DNA of 62,720 nucleotides from Patescibacteria group bacterium (GTDB lineage Bacteria; Patescibacteriota; Patescibacteriia; Patescibacteriales; UBA12465): NCBI GenBank assembly GCA_041656935.1, contig JBBACQ010000006.1, positions 1 to 62,720 of the forward strand, read 5' to 3'. Shown piece by piece: positions 55,504 to 62,720 of this stretch (position 1 is its first letter; each line of letters starts with the position of its first letter). The notes under the pieces were generated by a model. It saw only the letters and a program-made list of their open reading frames with translations, ran no database searches and was not told where the DNA came from. The position numbers and the translations under genes were made by a program.

Positions 55504-55572
55504 GCTCGCTAAGCGCTCTGGCCTGGCCTCACCCGTGCACTTCATACACAGGGGCTCCGGCTTTCGAATCTC
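55504..55572. repeat. 69-bp GC-rich direct repeat, copy 1
   Basis: 63/69 identical to 56508-56576. Confidence 0.9.
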
Positions 55573-55588
55573 TTACCGCTTCCTCGAA

Positions 55589-55628
55589 TAACAAAATAAA
55601 CCTGCCACAGGGCAGGTTTATTTTGTTA
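55589..55628. terminator. Perfect 18-bp inverted repeat, bidirectional terminator-like
   Basis: TAACAAAATAAACCTGCC-ACAG-GGCAGGTTTATTTTGTTA. Confidence 0.75.
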
Positions 55629-55715
55629 GCGGGCCAATCGGATTAAGTATCCCGATTGACGAAGTTTATAATATCTATGATTTGGGCTCTACCACCTTAT
55701 CCCCTAACAAGAACA

Positions 55716-56324
55716 TTATAAATCAAAATTTTGTAATTCAACATTACCTATTTGATCTTTTACAACTAAAACAACTGCTTGATAATCAAAATTTTTAATT
55801 TTACTATTAAATTTAATATAAATTTTTATTTTATGATCCGGCATTTTGGAATATACGGCATTTATAAGATCGCTGATTGGTCGATGAAGTTGTCGTGTTC
55901 CATTTTGATTTATAGATAGTGGTAGCTTCCTTTCTTCTCCCGCTTCGCAATAGTACCATTTTTTCAAAAATCCAAGTTCAAATTGTTGTTCTCCGATTAA
56001 AATTGGATCAACAAAAATATTATAAGCAACTCCTTTTCCAACGTTTTTTAAAATTAAATCTTTATCTTCATTATAAATAAAAACAAAAGATGGTGAAATT
56101 TGAAATTCATTAGTAGTTTTTGTTTCATTTTTTAATTGTCTTGTTTCAAAGCTATACCAGAGTAATGCACCGAGGGTTAACAAAAGTATTGAATCACCGA
56201 AAGTGATACTGCGCAAATAAATCCCAATTATAGCAACAACAGAAACAATAATAAACGGGAATTTTATTTCATAATAACGTATTGTTTCAAATTGTTTTTT
56301 TATAAAATTTTCTATTTTCTTCAT
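55716..56324 (-). CDS. Hypothetical membrane protein (two N-terminal TMs and a soluble beta-rich domain)
   Basis: 202 aa; FPFIIVSVVAIIGIYL and ILLLTLGALLWY followed by ET..LK...P.F; sole gene between the 69-bp repeats. Confidence 0.7.
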   Translation of the reverse strand: MKKIENFIKKQFETIRYYEIKFPFIIVSVVAIIGIYLRSITFGDSILLLTLGALLWYSFETRQLKNETKTTNEFQISPSFVFIYNEDKDLILKNVGKGVAYNIFVDPILIGEQQFELGFLKKWYYCEAGEERKLPLSINQNGTRQLHRPISDLINAVYSKMPDHKIKIYIKFNSKIKNFDYQAVVLVVKDQIGNVELQNFDL

Positions 56325-56507
56325 AATTGAATTTATTTTTTTCTTTTGCTATTTAAAATATTTCTGAGTCCATATTATTTATTTTTTAATAAAAACCGCT
56401 CTTGCTAATTTTGTTTTAAAGAATAGGAAGTGCCCTATGCGTTTTTTTATATTCTGAGAATAGTTTTTCTAGTTTACCTTTATAAAATTTTTGAACGCTC
56501 TTTCCCT

Positions 56508-56576
56508 GCTCACTAAGCGCTCTGGCCTGGCCTCGCCCGTGCACTTCGTGCACATGGACTCCGGCTTTCGAATCTC
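56508..56576. repeat. 69-bp GC-rich direct repeat, copy 2
   Basis: Matches 55504-55572; contains the GTGCAC-TTC-GTGCAC hairpin and ends in TTCGAATCTC. Confidence 0.9.
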
Positions 56577-56639
56577 CGGCAAGCCAAGCAGTCGGCTTGC
56601 CGCCCCTCCGCTCACTCACTCGCAAAGCTCGTTCATTCG

Positions 56640-56724
56640 CGGAGGGTAAGAGATTCGAACTCTTGATACCTTGCGGTATACACGCTTTCCAAGCGTGCGC
56701 ACTAGACCACTATGCGAACCCTCC
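56640..56724 (-). tRNA. tRNA-Ser(GGA)
   Basis: GGAGGGT acceptor stem; CACGC-TT-GGA-AA-GCGTG anticodon arm; long variable arm ATACC-GCAA-GGTAT; AAGAG-TTCGAAT-CTCTT T-arm; CCA not encoded. Confidence 0.97.
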
Positions 56725-56790
56725 AAAAAAACAAACTTAAAATAACTTAATCAACCAACGAAGAGAAACCTATTGCTTTTTAGACTAACC

Positions 56791-56879
56791 CTGGATTCCC
56801 TTCCCTCCCGCGTATCGCCAATTTTATAAACGCTACTTCGTAGTGTTCATAAAATTGGCACGCAGTCGCCGGGAATGAC
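56791..56879. repeat. REP-family element (CTGGATTCCC...GGGAATGAC) with its loop expanded to a 70-nt hairpin
   Basis: Same termini as the 14.8-kb repeats, in reverse orientation; internal 19-bp arms at 56817-56835 and 56841-56859. Confidence 0.65.
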
Positions 56880-56906
56880 GAGACAAGATCATAATTCGCG
56901 TCTCCC

Positions 56907-57746
56907 TTATGGGCACGGAAAAAACTCACAATCACTATTCCCATCTCGTCCCACAAACGAACCATCAGGACATTCTTTAGCGTCCATAGTACAAACAACC
57001 GGAACATTATCAGCGGTCTTAGTGTCTGAATTTAAATGAGCAAAAATAATATTTTTCATCCCCATTAATTCTTCCCCACCACCATTAATAACATTTTCAA
57101 AAGAGCGAGCTCCAGTTATTACTTCTTTATTAACAAAAATTGTTGGCGATCCATAAATATCAAAACTCTCCTCTTCTGCAATTACTTTTTCAATTTTAGC
57201 AAAATGTTTTTCATCTACTAAACATTGAGATAATTTTTCCGAATCTAATCCAATCTCTTTTCCGTAATCTAAAAAGTTTTCTTCAAACAAATTATTTTGA
57301 GCTAATTTTTCTAAAATTAATTCTCTAATCTCAAAAAAGGCCCCTTGTTCTTTCGAGCATTCCACTAAAGAATAAATTACCTTTGACATCGGAAAAGACT
57401 TATTAATATAAGGTCGAAAAGAAATAACCACCTCTGATTCCGAAAAATTAGCCAATATTGATTTTATAGTTTCATTTAATTTTAAAGAATAAACATCAGA
57501 TAAATCTTCATAAATTATAATCTGAACCTTAGCTGTCAGCTCCCCGATAATCATATCCTCATCACCGATTTCTCTTAACTCTGAAGAAGAATTAGAATCT
57601 TGCTCATTGATAATCTCCTTATTACCATTTAATAAATCTTCTTCTTCATTATTCTTTGAAAAAAAATCATCTTTTAAAAATAGAAATAAAAAAACCAACA
57701 ATAATAATAAAAAACTAGCCAGTAATATTTTTTTAATATTTGTCAT
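56907..57746 (-). CDS. Membrane-anchored DsbA/thioredoxin-fold protein lacking CxxC, with a C-terminal 4-Cys minidomain
   Basis: N-terminal TM; IG...AKVQIIIYED, FRPY, A.EQG.F, YGSPTIFVN; DLSDVYS where DFQCPFC is typical; tail CTMDAKECPDGSFVGR...CEF.PCP. Confidence 0.75.
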   Translation of the reverse strand: MTNIKKILLASFLLLLLVFLFLFLKDDFFSKNNEEEDLLNGNKEIINEQDSNSSSELREIGDEDMIIGELTAKVQIIIYEDLSDVYSLKLNETIKSILANFSESEVVISFRPYINKSFPMSKVIYSLVECSKEQGAFFEIRELILEKLAQNNLFEENFLDYGKEIGLDSEKLSQCLVDEKHFAKIEKVIAEEESFDIYGSPTIFVNKEVITGARSFENVINGGGEELMGMKNIIFAHLNSDTKTADNVPVVCTMDAKECPDGSFVGRDGNSDCEFFPCP

Positions 57747-57781
57747 AGAAAAATAGATTAATTATTTTAAATAAAAATTAT

Positions 57782-59254
57782 TTATAATTTAGGGGAATTT
57801 TTGTGCCACTCAGTATTTTTTTGAAAATTATGAGCCAAATTCAAAAGCCCTTCCTCCATAAAATTATCAGCTATAATCTGCAAGCCAAAAGGCAAATTTT
57901 TTGCCAAACCAACTGGAATAGAAATCGCTGGCAAACCCGCTAAAGATGGACCAGTAAGAAAAACGTCTTCTAAATACATCTTTAAAGGATCATCAACTTG
58001 CTGACCAATTTTAAAAGCCGTATGAGGTGATGTCGGAGTTAAGATAAAATCAACTTTTGTAAAAGCTTTTTTAAAATCTTCCTTTATTTTTTCTTTAACC
58101 GCTACCGCTTTTTTGTAATAAGCTGAAAAATAACCCGAACTTAAGGCATAAGTCCCTAACATTATTCTTCTTTTAGCTTCAGCTCCAAAACCTTCACCCC
58201 GATTTCTTAAATAGATCTCATTTAAATTTTCAGCTGACTTCCCTTTAGAACTATATTTCAAAGAATGACCATATCTAATACCATCAAACCGAGCTAAATT
58301 AGAACTCACCTCCGAAGGAGTAATAATACAATAAACCGGAACTGAATATTTATTAAAAGGTAAAGAAATATCAACTATTTGAGCGCCTAATTTCTCAAAA
58401 ACAGAAATAGCCTCTAAAATTCCCTTTTTAATGTCCGGGGCTAAATCATCACCTAAAAACTCTCTAACCACTCCAATCTTTAAATTTTTAATTTTCTTAT
58501 CTATATTTTTAGAATAATCAGAAACTTTTTTAGCTGAAGAAGTTAAATCAAAATTATCCTGCCCAGCTATACATTTTAAAACTATCGCACAATCTTCCGC
58601 CGTTTTAGCTATTGGTCCAATAACATCAGTCGAAGAAGTCATCGCCATTAAACCATAACGAGAAACCCGACCATAGCTTGGTTTTAAACCACTAACTCCA
58701 CAAAAGCTGGCCGGTTGTCTAATTGATCCCCCCGTATCACTCCCTAAAGCGAAAACACCTAAACCGGCAATAACACCAGCCGTTGATCCACCAGAACTTC
58801 CCCCCGGAACTCTTTCTAAATCCCAAGGATTTTTAGTGACCGAAAAAGCTGAATTTTCAGTAGAGGCCCCATGAGCAAATTCATCTAAATTAGTTTTACC
58901 CAATAAAACAGCTCCAGCTTGTTTTAATTTTTGGACCACCGTAGCGTCATAAGGAGCAATATAATTTTCTAACATTTTTGAACCAGCCGTAGCCTTTAAT
59001 CCTTTAACCAAAATATTATCTTTGAGCAAATAAGGAATACCTAAAAGCTCACCTGATTCTCCCTTAGTTATTCTAATGTCAGCCAGCTGGGCCTCTCGGC
59101 GAGCAGATTTTTCAAAAACACTAAGACAAATATTTAATTTAGGATTAATTTTTTTTATTCTTTTTAAAAAAAACTCCGTTAACTCCAAAGAAGTTATTTT
59201 TTTGTTTCTTAACAAAACTTGAATTTCTTTTATTGTCATTATTTCTAACTTCAT
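57782..59254 (-). CDS. gatA: Asp/Glu-tRNA amidotransferase subunit A
   Basis: KDNI, GKTNLDEFA.G.STENS, PGGSSGGS, GSDTGGSIRQPA, RFDG.RYG, E.KRRIMLG. Confidence 0.97.
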   Translation of the reverse strand: MKLEIMTIKEIQVLLRNKKITSLELTEFFLKRIKKINPKLNICLSVFEKSARREAQLADIRITKGESGELLGIPYLLKDNILVKGLKATAGSKMLENYIAPYDATVVQKLKQAGAVLLGKTNLDEFAHGASTENSAFSVTKNPWDLERVPGGSSGGSTAGVIAGLGVFALGSDTGGSIRQPASFCGVSGLKPSYGRVSRYGLMAMTSSTDVIGPIAKTAEDCAIVLKCIAGQDNFDLTSSAKKVSDYSKNIDKKIKNLKIGVVREFLGDDLAPDIKKGILEAISVFEKLGAQIVDISLPFNKYSVPVYCIITPSEVSSNLARFDGIRYGHSLKYSSKGKSAENLNEIYLRNRGEGFGAEAKRRIMLGTYALSSGYFSAYYKKAVAVKEKIKEDFKKAFTKVDFILTPTSPHTAFKIGQQVDDPLKMYLEDVFLTGPSLAGLPAISIPVGLAKNLPFGLQIIADNFMEEGLLNLAHNFQKNTEWHKNSPKL

Positions 59255-59287
59255 AACTTCTTAGAAAAATAATTAAAAATTAAAAAA

Positions 59288-59578
59288 TTAAATCACCCGG
59301 CCGACTTTGATTTGATCGGCTTCTCTTTCAGGAGCCTGATCTAAGGCCAATTTTTTATCTTCCGGCTCACCAGGAAAAACCTCATCAACTCTGGTTTGGT
59401 TCACAATCTCTGAATTTAAACCCAAAATATCCAAATCTGATATTCGAACATCTTTTATTTGATCTATATAACCTAAAATTGAAGAAAATTGCTTTTGATA
59501 TTTAGCAATTTCAACATCATTTAACTCTAAGCGAGCCAATTGAGCTATTTTTTTAATTTCTTCCTTAGTTATTGACAT
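59288..59578 (-). CDS. gatC: Asp/Glu-tRNA amidotransferase subunit C
   Basis: IT.EE...IA.LARL.L, IL.Y..Q, R.DE, AP......V; directly upstream of gatA. Confidence 0.92.
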   Translation of the reverse strand: MSITKEEIKKIAQLARLELNDVEIAKYQKQFSSILGYIDQIKDVRISDLDILGLNSEIVNQTRVDEVFPGEPEDKKLALDQAPEREADQIKVGRVI

Positions 59579-59600
59579 AATTATTAATAAAAATATGAGA

Positions 59601-61748
59601 TTATTCCGCTATCATTTTATTTAATTCTTTTTCATCTAAAATTTTAACTCCTAATTCTTTAGCTTTTTGATACTTACTGCCAGGATTTTCACCTAACACC
59701 AAAAAGTCTAATTTTTTACTAACAGCTGGCAAAATCTTACCCCCCAGCTCCCTTATTTTAGCTTTTGCTGTTTCTCTTGTCAAACCATTTAAAACACCAG
59801 TAATAACAAAAGTCTTCCCGAAAACATTAGGATTAATTTTGTTTTTGGGGTTTAGTTGATTTTTAATTATTAATTTAAAATCTAATTTATCTAATTTTTT
59901 CAAAATATTTAAATGATGCTTATCTCTAAAAAAATTATAAATACTAGCTGAAACAATCGGACCGAAGTCTTCTACTTTTTCTAGCTCTTCCGCTTCCAGC
60001 GAAGAAACCTTAGCAACTAAATCTGAAACCCTTATCTCTCCATTTTTTATATCTTTCTTTATTAATGGATAAATATATTGCGCCAAAGAATTAGCTGACT
60101 CCTCGCCCACATGACGAATACCAAGAGCATAAACAAAACGAGCTAAATCAACTTTTTGACGATTCTTTAGAGCCAAAATTAAATTATCAGCTGACTTCTC
60201 GGCAAACCTCTCTAACAGCAACAAATCATCTTTTTTAAGAAAATATAAATCAGCAAAATCAGAAATTAAACCCTCGTTTAATAATTGTTCCACCACTTTA
60301 GGGCCTAAATTCTCAACATCAATCGCATTTTTAGAAACAAAATGGGTTATTTGCCTCCAATTAACAGCATAACAGCGATTATTAGAACAACGATAAGCCA
60401 CCTCTTCACCTATTTTAACGACCTCACTCTCACATCTTGGACATTTCTTAGGTGTACAAATTTTTTGTTCAATACCAGACCGAAGATTTTTTAAAACCAT
60501 AACAACCTTAGGAATAACATCGCCCGCTCGCTCTAAAACTACGGTGTCGTTTATCATAATATCTAAACGTCTAATTTCGTCCATATTATGTAAGGTAGCT
60601 CGGGCAATCATAGCTCCACCTAATTTTACCGGCTCTAAAACAGCCGTCGGGGTAAGTATCCCCGTTCTCCCCACCTGCCAAATAACCTCTTTTATCTTAG
60701 TAGTTCCCTGTTCAGCTGAAAATTTATAGGCCATTGCATACCGCGGAGCTTTCCCAACTATCCCCAAAGAATCCCAAAAATTAAATTCATTTATTTTTAC
60801 CACCACACCATCAAAATTAAAATCTAACTTTTCTTTGTTTTTCTCCCAATATTGATGAAAGGTAAAAACCTCTCCTAAATTCTTACAGAGCTTATTATGT
60901 TTAACAATTTTAAAGCCCAACATTCTAGTTAATTTTTCCGCTTGTTCACGAGTTAAAATAATATTAATTTTCTTATCTTTCTGATAAAAAATAATATCAT
61001 AAGCATAAAACTGCAATTTTCTTTCTGAAGCTAATTTAGGATTAAGCTGTCGAAGCGAACCAGCGGCCCCATTTCTAGTATTGGCCAATAGCGGTTTCTT
61101 TTCCGCCTGATATTTGAGATTTAATTTGGCCAAAGTTCTCTTAGTCATAATAGCCTCTCCTCGAACTTCTATCCAGCTAGAATTGATTATTTTACCAATA
61201 TCTAAATTAGCAAAACCAGCCTTTTTTAAATCCGCTTCCTTAGGTATTATTAAATTTAAAGGAATACTTTCAATTGTCTTAATATTAGAAGTAATATTTT
61301 CACCAGTTTTTCCATCTCCTCGGCTCGACCCCTCAATTAAATCACCCTGATGATACTTTAAATTAACAGCTAGGCCATCAAGTTTTAATTCGCAATAATA
61401 CTGCCATTTAGTTGATGAACCAATGGCGTGGCCGTATAAAAAACGGTTAGAACGATCTTGCCAGGAAATTATATCTTCCTCGGAAAAAGCATCGAATAAT
61501 GACAACATCGGACTAAGATGAGTTGATTTAACAAACTTTTCTACTGCCTCCCCGCCAATTCTTTGGGTAGGAGAATCAGAGGTAATAAGCTCTGGATATT
61601 GTTGCTCTAATTTAAAAAGCTCTAGCTTTAAAGAGTCTAGAGCTCCTTCGCTAATAGTCGCCTTATCTAAGACATGGTAGTTATATCGATGAAAATTTAT
61701 CTCTTTTTTCAACTTTTCTATCCTTTTTTTAGCATCATCTTTAATCAT
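59601..61748 (-). CDS. ligA: NAD-dependent DNA ligase
   Basis: PMLSL, ELKLDG (adenylation Lys), RGDG..GE, EVRGE, RN.AAGSLRQL, VGRTG..TP, RAGDVIP, Zn finger, HhH, BRCT. Confidence 0.98.
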   Translation of the reverse strand: MIKDDAKKRIEKLKKEINFHRYNYHVLDKATISEGALDSLKLELFKLEQQYPELITSDSPTQRIGGEAVEKFVKSTHLSPMLSLFDAFSEEDIISWQDRSNRFLYGHAIGSSTKWQYYCELKLDGLAVNLKYHQGDLIEGSSRGDGKTGENITSNIKTIESIPLNLIIPKEADLKKAGFANLDIGKIINSSWIEVRGEAIMTKRTLAKLNLKYQAEKKPLLANTRNGAAGSLRQLNPKLASERKLQFYAYDIIFYQKDKKINIILTREQAEKLTRMLGFKIVKHNKLCKNLGEVFTFHQYWEKNKEKLDFNFDGVVVKINEFNFWDSLGIVGKAPRYAMAYKFSAEQGTTKIKEVIWQVGRTGILTPTAVLEPVKLGGAMIARATLHNMDEIRRLDIMINDTVVLERAGDVIPKVVMVLKNLRSGIEQKICTPKKCPRCESEVVKIGEEVAYRCSNNRCYAVNWRQITHFVSKNAIDVENLGPKVVEQLLNEGLISDFADLYFLKKDDLLLLERFAEKSADNLILALKNRQKVDLARFVYALGIRHVGEESANSLAQYIYPLIKKDIKNGEIRVSDLVAKVSSLEAEELEKVEDFGPIVSASIYNFFRDKHHLNILKKLDKLDFKLIIKNQLNPKNKINPNVFGKTFVITGVLNGLTRETAKAKIRELGGKILPAVSKKLDFLVLGENPGSKYQKAKELGVKILDEKELNKMIAE

Positions 61749-61766
61749 AAAAATTAAAATCTAAAA

Positions 61767-62660
61767 TTAATTATTCGGTCTAACACACCGAGTCAAATAA
61801 TTTTCAGTTTTATCGCTAGATGTATAGTTACGTGCGACCATGTCGATAGAATAAGCATTGCTGGCATCAATTTCAGTAGAAGTCCAATAATTAGAAGTTG
61901 TGGCGATGTTAAAATAAGAAACATCAGAGGGGAAATTAACAAAAATTTTTATTTCTTCAGCTGATGGTAAATACCAGTCATCATAACCGTTCCAAACTAA
62001 ATCATCGCAATATTTAGCTGACAAAATATCGGTATTAACTTGCGGATTTAAAGTTACAATATTAGATACTCCGTTATCCATGCTAGTTGCTCCCCAAAAA
62101 GTAGGGGTAACAATAACCTCCCATGGCAAAATCATGCTATCATCGGTGAGAAAACTATTATCGCAACTAAAAACAGCATCACAACCTGAAGGAGAAACCA
62201 CTAAATTAAACCCTCCTCGATTATAGAGCTTTCCGCCCCCACAAAAAGAACCCACCAAGCAACTATCAAGACAATCTTCAGTAACAACAATACAATCTAT
62301 GCCTAAAGATACTCGACTCTTATTATAAACCCCCACCGAATTAAACTGTAGGGGGCTATCGGAAAAACAATTGATATAATAAGAGGAACCATTATCTAAT
62401 TCCCCTGAAAAAACATCAGCTGAACAACTAAGCGGATCAGAAAAATCAAAATTATTCTTGATAACCTCAAAATGGGCTCTCTCTATACCAGCTTTAGCTG
62501 CATAATAGGCCTTCATATTATCAGAAACATCAGAAGCTCTAAAATAATTTAAAAAAATTAAATAACCAGAACCAAAAGATAAAACGGCAATAATAAAAAA
62601 TATAAACACCACCATTAATAAAGCACTTCCTTTTTTATTTTTTCTTATTTTTTTAAACAT
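61767..62660 (-). CDS. PilX-like minor pilin N-terminus fused to a DUF1566 (C-type-lectin-fold) domain
   Basis: KKG|SALLMVV, AYYAA.AGIE.A (PilX-N); C-terminal YC..L..NGYDDWYLPS..E, YWTSTE, RCVR. Confidence 0.8.
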   Translation of the reverse strand: MFKKIRKNKKGSALLMVVFIFFIIAVLSFGSGYLIFLNYFRASDVSDNMKAYYAAKAGIERAHFEVIKNNFDFSDPLSCSADVFSGELDNGSSYYINCFSDSPLQFNSVGVYNKSRVSLGIDCIVVTEDCLDSCLVGSFCGGGKLYNRGGFNLVVSPSGCDAVFSCDNSFLTDDSMILPWEVIVTPTFWGATSMDNGVSNIVTLNPQVNTDILSAKYCDDLVWNGYDDWYLPSAEEIKIFVNFPSDVSYFNIATTSNYWTSTEIDASNAYSIDMVARNYTSSDKTENYLTRCVRPNN

Positions 62661-62720
62661 ATAGATTCTATTTTATTTAATATCCTAAAGATATGCTACT
62701 TTGAGCATAAATATAATTAT

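Noticed and set aside
55441-56660. CRISPR array or split/intron-containing tRNA in the GC-rich repeat region
   Set aside because: Only two 69-bp copies ~1 kb apart with no regular repeat-spacer period and no cas genes. The left element has T-arm/acceptor fragments but no D- or anticodon arm, so no second tRNA can be assembled.
56416-57007. ORFs 56416-56625 and 56780-57007
   Set aside because: They run through GC-rich repeat/hairpin elements and overlap dsbA-like in another frame; composition is atypical and they are likely spurious.
466-61350. Other short ORFs overlapping long genes (e.g. 466-654, 2834-3043, 4780-5007, 24546-24821, 51408-51647, 61114-61350)
   Set aside because: Antisense or off-frame to confidently assigned genes; Phe/Leu/Ile/Ser-rich as expected for reverse-strand reads of AT-rich coding DNA.
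1-62720. Alternative genetic code 25 (TGA=Gly) as in Gracilibacteria/Absconditabacteria
   Set aside because: Conserved proteins translate full length under code 11, and TGA serves as the stop in ATGA gene overlaps.

Overview
AT-rich bacterial chromosome segment using the standard genetic code (TGA is a stop, e.g. the ATGA overlaps at 20419-20422 and 32435). Gene content and style (pilin-like surface proteins, LexA-methylase fusion, Shine-Dalgarno-poor leaders) suggest Patescibacteria/CPR, Parcubacteria-like; this is inference. Left to right: the end of an IS481-like element; a tiny monocistronic membrane-peptide gene; mnmA; two GT4s and a phosphoglycosyl transferase; RNase P RNA; a 1311-aa secreted permuted-amidase/LTD/LamG protein; three mosaic type IV pilin-FISUMP genes; a REP/dRS3-like repeat cluster; an O-antigen-ligase/TPR protein. 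Next is a ~25-kb glycan operon (19655-44351, minus strand) that holds an unusual small-molecule tailoring set: a fused B12-dependent glutamate-mutase-like enzyme, opine dehydrogenase, two paralogous ATP-grasp ligases, PrpD, a U32-like barrel, 2-hydroxyacid dehydrogenase, split Fe-S hydro-lyase, CitE-like lyase, VioA and an FrhB-pyruvyltransferase fusion. It is headed by an unannotated 38-aa, 10-Cys peptide. The right part has Bro-N, secA, hpf, rseP, a 6S-like rod-shaped RNA candidate, frr, holB, a LexA-C5-methylase plus HTH-endonuclease R-M pair, a small repeat-bounded islet at tRNA-Ser(GGA), a CxxC-less DsbA-like protein, gatCA, ligA and a PilX-DUF1566 protein. No CRISPR array, rRNA, reverse transcriptase or integrase was seen. 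Family assignments come from motif recognition and recall, not database searches.
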